DNA of 63,987 nt, the filler included, from Octopus bimaculoides (Eukaryota), in the NCBI RefSeq assembly GCF_001194135.2. It is 4 parts of 3 records of this genome, joined end to end, with 100 filler letters (N's around TTAATTAATTAA, not from the genome) between each part and the next. Parts side by side here need not be neighbours in the genome. Positions count along the whole stretch, not along the records: positions 1 to 31,540 come from NC_068992.1; 3 more parts are not named here. One strand, 5' to 3'. Position 1 is the first letter of the stretch; each line of letters begins with the position of its first letter. This document shows positions 1-12,556 of the stretch, piece after piece. The notes under the pieces are model-generated. The model saw nothing but the letters and a program-made list of their open reading frames with translations. It had not been told where the DNA came from and did not search any database. The position numbers and the translations under genes are program-made.

Positions 1-279
1 CGAATGTGGAATCTAAAAACAGAAACAATTCCTATCATAGTAGGTGCCTTAGGTATAATAAAAAAATATTCAGACAAATACATAACAAAAACACCAGGAC
101 TTACAAATATATATAACATACAGAAAATTGCACTACTGGGTACTGCACACATTCTACGCAAAACACTTTCAATACAGTACACATAAGAGCACCACAGCAA
201 ACCACAGCACATACCCAAGGCTCACAGAGCTGCGCTCGGTAGTGAAGTGAAAGTACGTTATAAAAATAAAACTACTGAA
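1..279 (+). mobile_element. 3' end of an R4/Dong-like RLE non-LTR retrotransposon (ORF C-terminus plus 3' UTR)
   Basis: Translation WNLKTETIPIIVGALGIIKK...IQKIALLGTAHILRKTLS matches the C-terminal pattern of R4-clade RLE proteins. Ends in AAAACTACTGAA followed by (TAA)n. Near-identical copy at 46638-46899. Confidence 0.8.
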
Positions 280-490
280 TAATAATAATAATAACAATAA
301 TGATAATATTAATAATAATAACAACAACAACAAGAACATTGAAACATATCTTAGGAATGAGACCCCAGGTTTGACAATTCCCCAAGATACCTGATGAAGG
401 CTGGAGGGTATATCAACCGAAACGTTGTGTTAACAACAAACAGAAGGAGGACAAATATCTGTTAACTTTAAATAATGTAAATAATGAATA
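280..490 (+). mobile_element. SINE-E internal (AAT/AAC)n plus hammerhead-bearing tail
   Basis: TTAGGAATGAGA...CCCCAAGATACCTGATGAAGGCTGG...GAAACGTTGTGTTAACAACAAAC...AATAATGTAAATAAT, homologous to 21541-21656, 39527-39690 and 46428-46610. Confidence 0.8.
386..431 (+). ncRNA. Minimal type I hammerhead-like motif (family E), one helix II mismatch
   Basis: GATAC-CTGATGA-A-GGCTG-GAGGGTATAT-CAACC-GAA-ACGT-T-GTGTT; helix I and II pairing checked by eye. Confidence 0.6.
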
Positions 491-621
491 TTTAGGGAAA
501 TGCTGATTTTCAGAGATAAAAAATGATACGATAAAATATTGCAGACTCATGCCTGAAGTACCCATTAATGCTATTGGGGTGGATTATGAAAGGAAGGCCT
601 TCTTTTTCTTGGTCCAGTCGT

Positions 622-695
622 TCAGTGATGACTTCGATCATATAGGTTCAAACTGCTTCCATTTGTAATAGTGATTGCTGGTGATTTTGATGTAT
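622..695 (-). CDS. Candidate terminal coding exon of an unidentified host gene
   Basis: Acceptor TTTTTAAACTTAG, then phase-1 frame (D)TSKSPAITITNGSSLNLYDRSHH and TGA. Phase-compatible with the 1080-1110 candidate. No homology recognised. Confidence 0.3.
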
Positions 696-1079
696 CTAAG
701 TTTAAAAACTTTACTGGATCCCCTTCTTTCAGTTACAGTTTGAGAATTAAGCTACAAGAGGATTGACGAGAATGAGTAAATGGTTGGAGATTTGTTTACA
801 TTTTTGTCATATATTGCAATATACACTGGTATGTTACTCTCCATCAGAGACACACATTTCGAAAAGATAATAATAATCAGTAAAATGTCACACAGGGCAT
901 TAAAATATTTCATTGACAATTCGTAGATTAGGATAAACTATAATTAAAAGTAAATTAGTTTCAAACGGTTCTGCTGATGCGTCTCTATTTACTATTTCTG
1001 ATAAGATAATTGCTTCTTCTCTTCTCACATTAGCTAGGACATAACAGATAATTTTTGCTCCAAAGACAGTCCCACATAC

Positions 1080-1110
1080 CGTGTCTAGAGACATTGTTTT
1101 GTGTTAATAT
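1080..1110 (-). CDS. Candidate 31-nt micro-exon
   Basis: Acceptor TCTATTTCAG, donor ACG|GTATGT. Only phase 0 is open (ILTQNNVSRH plus one G), and it joins in frame to 622-695. Confidence 0.3.
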
Positions 1111-2257
1111 CTGAAATAGACTATGGTGTAATCGAAAGCCCTGAACTCATTTATGCGTGGCATGGTACCTGCGTGTCAATTATTCGAATAAAACTGCTAC
1201 AGAGCCTTTTTTTTTCTATTATTGTGGCTAAATTTCACAGAGAAGTGTCATTATGTGCAACATAGTCTGCAAGCGAAAAGTAGAATAAATAGTTTTATCG
1301 CGTGTGGGTGAATCTGAAATTGCAGCTATCTAGTCGAAAAGATTATCTTTTCCCAATAATTAGCTACAAATAAAAATGATTTATCAGTCCAGCCAAGGAT
1401 ATTAATGTAAAGTATTCCACGGGCTTATTTTGATCACTGTGTAAGCCTTTTGCTCTGCAGACAAGACTGACTCATTTTTCATTTTGTTCAATATACTCTT
1501 CGAGTCATATTTGTAAATCCATGTTTTTCGAAGTCCTATGTAAAAATGAAATGCACGTTATTGAAATAAAATCCATTGGTTAGCGTACATAACGTCGTCA
1601 CCTTTAGGCAGGGTTTTATTTCTCTTTAATCTTGTTATCTTTGTGTGTTATCCTGTTTTAGTGATTATGCAAATATCACGTATTAGAAGAGCAACATAAC
1701 ACTGCTTGCATATTAAGAGACTCAAGATAAACAAGTAGACTGAAAGTCTGAATCATTTTCAAACAGACGTTTCCTCTGTCAAACCTAGCTGTATGCTGCA
1801 GAAATATATCAAAACATATGACTAGGAAATGGAAAGAAGTTGGAACATGAATATTGTGCTTGATAAAACTGAGCCATATATACGTTATTAAATTTTGTCT
1901 TTTCAAAAGTATATATCCAAATATTTTACAAGGATGTGAAATTTAATTGAAGATTTATGAACGAAGCATTCTGTGGACGGAGATAGAGAATAATTTTATC
2001 TTTTATCTTTTGTACCCGTACGTGATATTGTACAGCAAATAAACATGAAAACAATATATCGGCGCGTATTAGATTGCTTTAGTGTGGAACATTCATCATT
2101 TAATAAACATTCCTTTCAATTTAGAACGCAGTTTCATTCGCATCGTAACTTACTCTCAGTGACATATTATTACATATCTCCACGCTCAAAACAATTTATG
2201 CCGGTACGAATTCAGGTTTCATGCTCTATGGGGCGAACAGCAAATTTTTATAGTACG

Positions 2258-2302
<45 letters not shown>

Positions 2303-2624
2303 NNNNNNNNNNNNNNNNNNNNNNNNNNNNNNNNNNNNNNNNNNNNNNNNNNNNNNNNNNNNNNNNNNNNNNNNNNNNNNNNNNNNNNNNNNNNNNNNNN
2401 NNNNNNNNNNNNNNNNNNNNNNNNNNNNNNNNNNNNNNNNNNNNNNNNNNNNNNNNNNNNNNNNNNNNNNNNNNNNNNNNNNNNNNNNNNNNNNNNNNNN
2501 NNNNNNNNNNNNNNNNNNNNNNNNNNNNNNNNNNNNNNNNNNNNNNNNNNNNNNNNNNNNNNNNNNNNNNNNNNNNNNNNNNNNNNNNNNNNNNNNNNNN
2601 NNNNNNNNNNNNNNNNNNNNNNNN

Positions 2625-2629
2625 TATTA

Positions 2630-2711
<82 letters not shown>

Positions 2712-2738
2712 CATTATTATTAATATTATTATTATTAT
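2625..2738. repeat. (TTA)n microsatellite
   Basis: Direct reading; abuts an N-gap. Confidence 0.95.
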
Positions 2739-3280
2739 GTAATACAGCAGCTCATGCCATCAAAGTGACTCAGAGGTAGAAAGGCACGAAACCCAATATG
2801 CCCCTTCTGACTCCCCATCTGATTAGGTTACACTAGGCACATGCATTAGAACCATATCTGCATGATGACCGATATCAAGATAAACAGCACATGACCTAGC
2901 AGGTGAGACCCAGTTTGAATTTTCTTCATGTTCCATTGCACATCTGCTTAAAAGTTCCTTGAATATATGTTGTTAAAGGATGATGAACGAAACACCTATA
3001 TTTCTCGGGGTGAATTATTCAAACCAAAAAAGGCACCCAAAACATTGCTTTGGCGCCAACTACCGTTACCTCTGCGCGTGATCAGTGATGCACATATTAG
3101 CAGCCACTAGGGGGCATACTCAAATGGTTAAGGTCAAGCAACTGACAAGCAGATATTCTATATTGAGCAGAATATTTGGAGTAGCACATCTTTTCCACGA
3201 AGGCAATGCATGCTCACGATAACACTTCAATCAATAACGATCAGAAACATGACAACTAATGCCTGGTATTACATAAGAGT
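2739..3280 (-). mobile_element. Family F interspersed repeat (~540 bp), diverged full-length copy
   Basis: Reverse complement aligns by eye end to end with 31703-32243. Flanked by (TTA)n and (ATC)n. Confidence 0.75.
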
Positions 3281-3349
<69 letters not shown>

Positions 3350-3366
3350 ATCATCATCATCATCAT
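3281..3366. repeat. (ATC)n microsatellite
   Basis: Direct reading. Confidence 0.95.
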
Positions 3367-5254
3367 ACGGAAATAGATTGAAAAATATATTTAAAACGAA
3401 GGCACAATTACAATTGTGTTCATCATGGATAACTAATATATAATCATAATGTAGACTTTCTGTTTGATATTGGATTACATGATGGAGTGTATGCCGGTTT
3501 GAGAGAACGTTTCTCAGAAACCACATGTTTAATATTAATACCGGCTTTATTGTGACGATTGCGGATCTTATAATCACAACGCATTGCTGATGCAAAATAT
3601 GTTACCTTCAAACTCACTTTACTTCAGAAGCAATAAACCAGAAAATATAATCGCATAAATACGATGCATTTTGCACGAAACAATTGCATAAATAAAATGC
3701 TTTTGCAATCAGCCGTAAAAATCAGAATTTACGTTTTCCATGAAAAGTATATATTTGATTAAGAATCGAGATAAGAATGGACATATTCTTTGAAAAATAA
3801 ACTACTCTGAATCCATTACAAATTCAAAACATTTCAACGTGACATTCTATTCTGAATCATGTTCTGTGACAATATCCTGCAATCTGTTCGATATATCAGA
3901 TTTTTCGTTTTCGAATAAACCTTTTAACATGAAAACAAAATATCTCTTTAAAAACACTTGTCACAGCCCTTTGCATATGAATTTCAGGCCATAATACTCT
4001 ATTGCTATGCTGAGATCAATTCAAAGCAAAATGAATATGTGTATTTTATTACGTTCAATACACATAAAATAAATTCATAACATATAGGATTTATTTAAAT
4101 TTGAATATAATGATTATAGCATTTGGGAACAAACTCATACATCAAACAAGAAAAATGGATAGCCTGAGAAAAATCAAAATGCTGCTTGCAAAATTTGAGG
4201 GTTACCCTGTTTAAAAATATGTTACAACGTACTAGAAATTCAAGGTAATATCCACAATCTGAAATATAAATCGACTTTATATATCAGTTGCTAATATATG
4301 CTGGCGCACAAATGAAAAGAAATGAGCAAAGATAAACAGCTATAAAAACTATATTTTTCGAAAATATTTGGATAGTACAAATAATCAAGGAAAGTAATGG
4401 GACTTAATTCTCTGCTCGGTGAAGTTACATTGGATCCTTCAAAAGTTTTCTCCTCTAGAAAACGTGATCATCTTTATTCACTCAATTTCAATCACAGTAG
4501 CCAGATTTCTGACTTAGAATAGTCTTCTATCTGAAATGGTCTGAAATATAGGTTGATTAAACATATTCCCATATAAATGTAAAGGCTAAAAATTAAGATA
4601 CGAATATGAAGACATGAAGTTATTTTATTTCGAATTATTTAATTGTATCAGAATCTCATTCTTTTATTGAATGCAAAATCAATTAAAAATAAATTTAAAG
4701 CAATTAAGCAAGTGAAGTAAACACTTAATTTGAAATCGATTCTCCCCACTAAGTAAACGAAATAACCTTATAAAAGTGCTTATAAATGTAAAGAGCATCC
4801 CTAGGTTTATTCCCAAAACATTTTAAAAAACAAATCTGTATTGTTGGATGGAATAAGAAGGACACAATTGATCGCACATTTAAATATAATTAGACGAAAT
4901 ATAGGTTCAAAAGAAAACATAACAAATCTCTACATTCACTATTCATTGATACTGAATAATCAGATTAAACTAATTTATTATCGCAATCTTTCGATAGATC
5001 CATAAGTTTCCCTTATAAGAAGTAAAGCTATTTCAATTTTACTCGTTTCGCCGCAATAATTTTAATAATTATTGTCTAAAAATTAAATTTAGTTTAGTCT
5101 TTATACTAGTTATTTCGTATTCATAAACCATGAAATTCCAATTCATACAACTATAGTGACATTTTAACATCAAGGTCTGGCTCAGGTTGATGTTCACACC
5201 ACTAAGTAGTAGTGCCAGTTTTGAAGTGTTTAAATATTTTCCAATGAAAATACC

Positions 5255-5410
5255 GATAGTCTTCTTTCGGTTTCCGTCTATCAAATCGACTCACGAGGCA
5301 TTGGTCGGCCCGAGGCAATAGTAGAAGTCACTTGCCCAGACGTGGTGGGACTGAACCCAGAACCATTTGGTTGGTAAGCAAGCTATTTACCACACACCCA
5401 CTTCTACGCC
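5255..5410 (-). mobile_element. SINE-C 5' half (tRNA-like head plus CORE-like segment)
   Basis: Reverse complement contains GTGTGGTAAATAGCTTGCTTACC...GGTTCAGTCCCAC...GGGCAAGTG...GACGGAAAC; matches 40729-40857 and 47190-47343. Confidence 0.8.
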
Positions 5411-8400
5411 TATGAGCCACTCTTGCATCTTTGTCGCATCTTTAACCTGTACAGAATTCATCCCATCATCATTGTTCAAAAAATTCACTTACGTAAAATC
5501 CTGGTACGATTGTTATATCACAAATACATACGCCTGCATGTACATTCTTGCATAAATATGTGCGTGTGTGTTTGGATGCAACTTCTCTCATACACAAAAG
5601 CACACACACCTTCAGGCACACATAAACGTGTACAAACACACCACTCAGCCAACCACACACATGTAGACCTTGCTGAGTTATTCTGTGCATAATATTGTCT
5701 TGAACATATTGACAATAGATCGTAAGCAGTTAATAAATACTCCTTGGAATCTGCAAATGATATTTTAATATACGTATAAGTGATTCACATATAAATGTTT
5801 TACGTTTATATTTAATGTATCTATAATTTGTAGCCGTGTGCCTAAATGAATGTACTGTCTGCAGAACTCTTCACTACAGATTAGACAAATATCATCATTT
5901 TTGTCGAATCGTCGTGAGTTCTATGTATGCGCACTTCTCTCAAAACATGAAAAGGTATAAATCTATAGCTAGAAGATACTGAGTTACATTCCAAGTTTCT
6001 CTCAGTTGCGTATGTTGGCAAGTTATTAATGAAATAAGATACCGAAAGCGAATGCAAGATAAATTGCCAAACTGTTTACATACGTACACTTAATATACAT
6101 ACATTTAGACTCATTGTGTAATATTCCATTTGGGTTAAAATAATTCATGACCATCTTTCCATATTGAACCCTTTGAGGGTTCGATTACTGCAGTTAAATC
6201 TTATTTTGTCTGCGTATGTAAACTGCTTAATACGGATCATTTGGGTTTTCGAATTATTTCCGTGACATTCTGTAGAAGGAAGCCATGTATTGTAACCGCC
6301 TAATCTAATTACACAACAATACAAAACTATATTCAATATATTTGTGTGTAGATCTGTCCCTAACAGTCCGTCTGTCAGCAAGTTTTATCTGCTAGATCAA
6401 ATAAGAATTCAATTATTAAATCATAGGTTTCAAATAGCTGTTACCATCGCGTGTACGTGAACAATGACTAGAATGATGGAGCCTCAACGGATACTTATTT
6501 GTTCCATGTATGTTTGTGTAAGGAGAAGTGTCTATTCATGTTTGTTTAAATATCTGTGCAGCAATTCTTTAATTATGTCTACTAGAATTTGTTATACGGT
6601 CAGATCATATTAGACGTGTGATTATTTGTGTCGCCATTGTGACGATATAAGTCTGTGCAGTTTCTCATTCTTCTAGTGTATACATCACATAAATCCACGT
6701 AAATAATTCTCTTCTTAAGTATCTATTTTTTCGGAATGTCTTCTGGGTCAAATAAATTAACTACATCTATTCTTTTGAATACTTTAATATTGATAGAATA
6801 TAGATAAAAATTATTCGGCATAAATAACACGAAATGCATCAGGAAACCGCTATTGTTGCAGGGCAATTATTTACTCGGTATCACAATCTAATAGTTACGA
6901 TTAAATAATATCTATAAAATATCAAAGGGTTAAATGGACATGCGCATATATTTATCATGAAAGCATTAGTGCTATGTCTCATGACATTAAAAGTATATGT
7001 AAATTAAAATCTACGTTCTTTCTCTCAGCTGGCCTTGCCCACAAGAATAGCATGGACGTCACACATCGTCTTTCTACACCCATTTTAATATGTAGCTGTA
7101 TAACTATAGGAAACATAATAGATGAAGTACGCATGAAATAAATGTATGAAGAATATCATTACAGAAAGTATTACAATGAAATGCATTGTAGACACTATAC
7201 CTGATGAATATCATGGCCATTGAAGGAGACAACAATATATTCTACTTTTCCGAACAAAAGTGTTTGCTTAATACCAACATAGCATACTATAATGTTTACT
7301 TCTTTTCTTTTCAAAAGTCAACACTTTTGCCTTCGTGCTATCATTGATACTTTTACAATGAGGACAATGAATAAATTTTTGAAGTTTGACAGAGCATATG
7401 TGGGGAGGGTATAAGTTATGCGTGTTTGTTTGTCTGGGTAAATTGGAGATTACTCTGAGACATAAAGTTATATACGCTGTGAGAGAGTGGGCGAGAAGCA
7501 TGAGCTTCTTCAAAATATCTATAGTAAGTATTAAAATTGCAGCTATTAATCTACGTTAGTATATGGGTAAAAAGAATTGCCAGTTAATGGCTTGTAGCTA
7601 GACCGATTAAGAAACTGGAGCACTGCAAATCCGATTGTGTTCTAATACATCAATTCGAGACACTCCGGAGTCTGGAAGCTGAATTAGTTAATTGAAAAGA
7701 GCTCTCATTTCACAAGATGAGAATTAGGGACGAAACTGACTTGGACTATCAAGTCAATACAATGAAGCATATACAGCGTTTTGTTGAGCAAATACAAATG
7801 GTATACGCCCTTTACTGTTAGTGTCTTTGAAGTAGTAATAAGGGTGTTTGCATGATTTGAAAGACTTCATGTTACTCTAGTGATCGTCATAATATAAATG
7901 CATGTTTAAACAGTAGGGAATAATATACAGATTGTAATATACACAAAGTAATTACTGCACCAAGAGATATGTTATACACGTTTATACATGTCTATGTGGA
8001 TACGTATGTATGTGTAGTAGTATACGGATTATAGTAATGTTTGGCATATATTAGTTTTTAATGAAATATATATTGTGAGAATGTTATACAAATTCAGTGA
8101 CGGTTCTAGATTTTCTTATAGCAATGTGAGAGACAATGTAACTAAGGATGCGAAAGAGACACTGCAGAAAGGGTGCTCTACTTATTGAGATCCATTGTAT
8201 TGGATAATACGTGTGCGCATGTGATTGGAAGATAAGAGAACTGGAACATAGCTGTAAAATACACAATATCTATATTGAATTGCAAAATGGTTGATGTGTA
8301 TGTTTGTTTATATGAATGAATATGTTCTTGTTTCGATGTGTAATTGTGTTTTAGTGTAAGTGTGCATACGTATTCACATGTTTGTTTATATGAGTAAGTG

Positions 8401-9109
8401 TGATAATGTGCCCATTTGTATGTGTGTAAGTGTTTCTCTGTATACTTTGATCGGAGAATATAAAGGACAAGTCAGGGAAATGACAATTGACTTTACTTTT
8501 CCATGAGAAAAGAGATAAAAATGATGACAAAACAAGGAGAGAAACTAAACTCACATGGAACAACATAAAATGTGTGCAACAAAATAAATTTAGAAAGAAA
8601 ATGGGGAAATAAATTAAAAATAACTAAAGAAAAGGAAAATGTTTCAGACGTACATATAAAAAAGAAATAAATGCGAAGCAAAAGAAATTAAAAAGTTGGT
8701 GAAAATGAATGGACAAAAATGGAAGGAAGGTGAAACTTCGAAGAAAACGAAAGTGAAGTTAGAAAGAGAATAGAAGAATATAACAGAGCACAATAACTCC
8801 ATCAAAGGCGCAATTATCCTTATTCATCTTTTGAATTAATCTCACTGTAATGTTTGGCCTTTTAACAGCGAATGACTTAAGATTCTTGTTCTTTCTCCAG
8901 TGTTGGAAGATTGTCATGTTGCTCTGCATGCCACAGCCAGATCGATACTAACAAAGAACGTAAAGAGAAAGACTGACAGAATCTTCGAAATAGAGAATTA
9001 CAATTGCACTGCTTATATTAAAGAGCAAGCAATGGCAATTTACGTCCCTCTCTTTCTGTCTGTCTTTCCGATTTTCGTTCTCACTCTCTCACTTTTTATA
9101 TATATGCAT

Positions 9110-9159
<50 letters not shown>

Positions 9160-10289
9160 ACACATATATATCATTAATTATATGTATATATATATATANN
9201 NNNNNNNNNNNNNNNNNNNNNNNNNNNNNNNNNNNNNNNNNNNNNNNNNNNNNNNNNNNNNNNNNNNNNNNNNNNNNNNNNNNNNNNNNNNNNNNNNNNN
9301 NNNNNNNNNNNNNNNNNNNNNNNNNNNNNNNNNNNNNNNNNNNNNNNNNNNNNNNNNNNNNNNNNNNNNNNNNNNNNNNNNNNNNNNNNNNNNNNNNNNN
9401 NNNNNNNNNNNNNNNNNNNNNNNNNNNNNNNNNNNNNNNNNNNNNNNNNNNNNNNNNNNNNNNNNNNNNNNNNNNNNNNNNNNNNNNNNNNNNNNNNNNN
9501 NNNNNNNNNNNNNNNNNNNNNNNNNNNNNNNNNNNNNNNNNNNNNNNNNNNNNNNNNNNNNNNNNNNNNNNNNNNNNNNNNNNNNNNNNNNNNNNNNNNN
9601 NNNNNNNNNNNNNNNNNNNNNNNNNNNNNNNNNNNNNNNNNNNNNNNNNNNNNNNNNNNNNNNNNNNNNNNNNNNNNNNNNNNNNNNNNNNNNNNNNNNN
9701 NNNNNNNNNNNNNNNNNNNNNNNNNNNNNNNNNNNNNNNNNNNNNNNNNNNNNNNNNNNNNNNNNNNNNNNNNNNNNNNNNNNNNNNNNNNNNNNNNNNN
9801 NNNNNNNNNNNNNNNNNNNNNNNNNNNNNNNNNNNNNNNNNNNNNNNNNNNNNNNNNNNNNNNNNNNNNNNNNNNNNNNNNNNNNNNNNNNNNNNNNNNN
9901 NNNNNNNNNNNNNNNNNNNNNNNNNNNNNNNNNNNNNNNNNNNNNNNNNNNNNNNNNNNNNNNNNNNNNNNNNNNNNNNNNNNNNNNNNNNNNNNNNNNN
10001 NNNNNNNNNNNNNNNNNNNNNNNNNNNNNNNNNNNNNNNNNNNNNNNNNNNNNNNNNNNNNNNNNNNNNNNNNNNNNNNNNNNNNNNNNNNNNNNNNNNN
10101 NNNNNNNNNNNNNNNNNNNNNNNNNNNNNNNNNNNNNNNNNNNNNNNNNNNNNNNNNNNNNNNNNNNNNNCATTTATATATATATATATATATATGTATA
10201 TTAATGTATACATACATTGTATAATATAATAGATATGTGGCTATATGTACACACACACACACACACGCACACGCACACACACACACACC

Positions 10290-10333
<44 letters not shown>

Positions 10334-11197
10334 CGCATATAACATATGTGTGTGCGAGCGCTTACGTAATGTGTATATTGATTTGTGTAGGCGGAAAATG
10401 AAGCGTACCAACTTTGCCAGCATATGAATATTAGCACACTCACATCACGCGCGCGCACCAACGCCATCTGCTTGACCAACTGTAATAGAAGAGAGTTAAA
10501 GAAAAAGAAGGATTGAAAGAGTTGAGGAGATAAGGAAAGTATGTGACTCAGGTATGCATGAGTTCTTATGATTTTAAATATGAATCTATGTGACTTGTTA
10601 AAAAGACTTTGATCACTTGTTATGTATGTGTTAATTACACGTTATCTACAGTTCTTTTCGTATCCACCATTTTATGCCATGAAATGTAGATACCCAACAT
10701 GTATTATAAAAGTATATACACAAAAGCGCGCACATCTACTAACGGTTACCTGAAATAGCTGTTTTAGCTTTATCGTGCATTCGTTTCTTTATGTATCTTA
10801 ACTTTGTTATTGATCTATATAACTGAAGCAGTATTCGTCAATTGTCCATTTCTATCTACGGAGAGCAAGAAGAAAGCAATCAGTAATAAGTTATGTGAAA
10901 CAGAGTTTATTTTACGGAGATGCCTCTTGTAATCACCTGAGAAGACACATTTAGACAGAGGGATACAGCTAAATCACTAGTGCATTATCCCACCCGCGAG
11001 GGATCGATGCTAGATGAGACTAAGCGATTGTAGTGATCAACATTCTCGTATATTCCATCTTCCATTTCTTTTATTAATGAGATACACGTAAACACACACA
11101 CACACACACGCACCCATACACACATACATAAAAACATATATCTGCACACACACTTACACACACACACACACACATACACACACACATACATATATAC

Positions 11198-11228
<31 letters not shown>

Positions 11229-11254
11229 CATAGGAAAAATTCCAGCAATGTCTC

Positions 11255-12556
11255 TTGAGGGTGAGCTGAAAAAGGTGAAGGATTCCTGCGAAGGAATGAT
11301 GCTGGAGCCGTCAACTCTTGGATCAATAACTCTTCTATCTCTTTTTATAGGTAACTGTGTTGTTTTCTTCCAAGTAAACTGACACATGTCTGTTCAGAAA
11401 ATAATTCAAAAGTGACTACTCGCGATTTCTCTTCAAAATGGATAAAATTTAGCACCGCGGTTGTTACCAAATACCTGCAGAAAGGTTCATAGAGGGACCG
11501 AGTAACTCTCATGGAATGTAACCGAATGATGTTTTCTTTTCAACCTAGTGACCTTTGCGATTCACATACTTCTGTGTTGTAGAAAAAGTTTATAGCCTCC
11601 AATGACATTTATGCTGTCATACTTGCTCAATGAGTGTGTTGACATTTGAATATAATCAACAGAAGATGATCCGAGATCTGAACTTACTGCAACTGCCATC
11701 ACGAAGGAAAACATTGACCGTGTTCACGTCATGCACATGGATGGCAGGCGATTGACTATGATCCAAATAGCCAATGCTATTAATATATCACTTGAGGGAT
11801 CTGAGAACGTTCTTCACAATGAACTTCACATGATGATGATTTCTGCTTGGTGAGTGCTAATTCTTCTGACAAATTATGAAAAGTGCACCAGGCCGATCAC
11901 ACAATGGAAAAATTTGACTTTGATTGGGGTAGATCCTGCTATTTTACTTGAATGTTTCCTAAGCAAGGTTAAATTTTGAGTTCATTACTTTGAGCGAGAG
12001 ACAATGCGACAACTTATGCAAAAGAAACACCATTCCTTAACTACTCCAAAGAAGGCCAAGCTTGTTTCTTCTGCAGAGATGTTAATGGTCTGAATTTTGG
12101 GGGATATGAAAACATTTTTATTGACTATCTGCAAAACTACCGAAGTATCTGTTGAGATAATTATACAAACTTGCTGAGGCAGTTACGAAGATCTACCAAG
12201 ACCGAATGCCTAAGTGAAGTGACGAAAAAGGTTTTGTTTCATCATGTCATTGCTTCAGCACACAACGCATTGCTCTCAATGTCTCCTGTGTGTGATTGTG
12301 GCTTTGAACAAGTTTAACACCCTTAATACTTTCCTGATGTGACTATCGTGTCTTCCCGAAGATGAAACAACTGTTGAATGGGAACCAGTAATGTAATGTT
12401 GATGGCCTCCTAAGCGATGTTGATGTCCTTGTTAGCCAACAGGATTAAAGCTTCACCAACAGGATCCCAGTACATCAAAATAGATAGAAGTGTGTAGACC
12501 GCAAGATGGATTATGACGAAATATAAACCTCATTTTGTCACATTCCATGAGAGTAT
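11255..12556 (+). mobile_element. Decayed mariner-family DNA transposon
   Basis: Broken frames give MDKI.HR..KYLQK, DDPRS..TAITKENIDRVH, W.VL.LLT (WVPxxLT), VHYFERET (YxPE), PKKAKLVSSA and a degenerate HDNA/PxYxPD region. Confidence 0.8.

Noticed and set aside
8900-10310. Long ORFs in the track spanning N gaps (also 15.5, 23.7, 36.5, 45.4 and 48.9 kb)
   Set aside because: Open only because N codons and dinucleotide repeats contain no stops.
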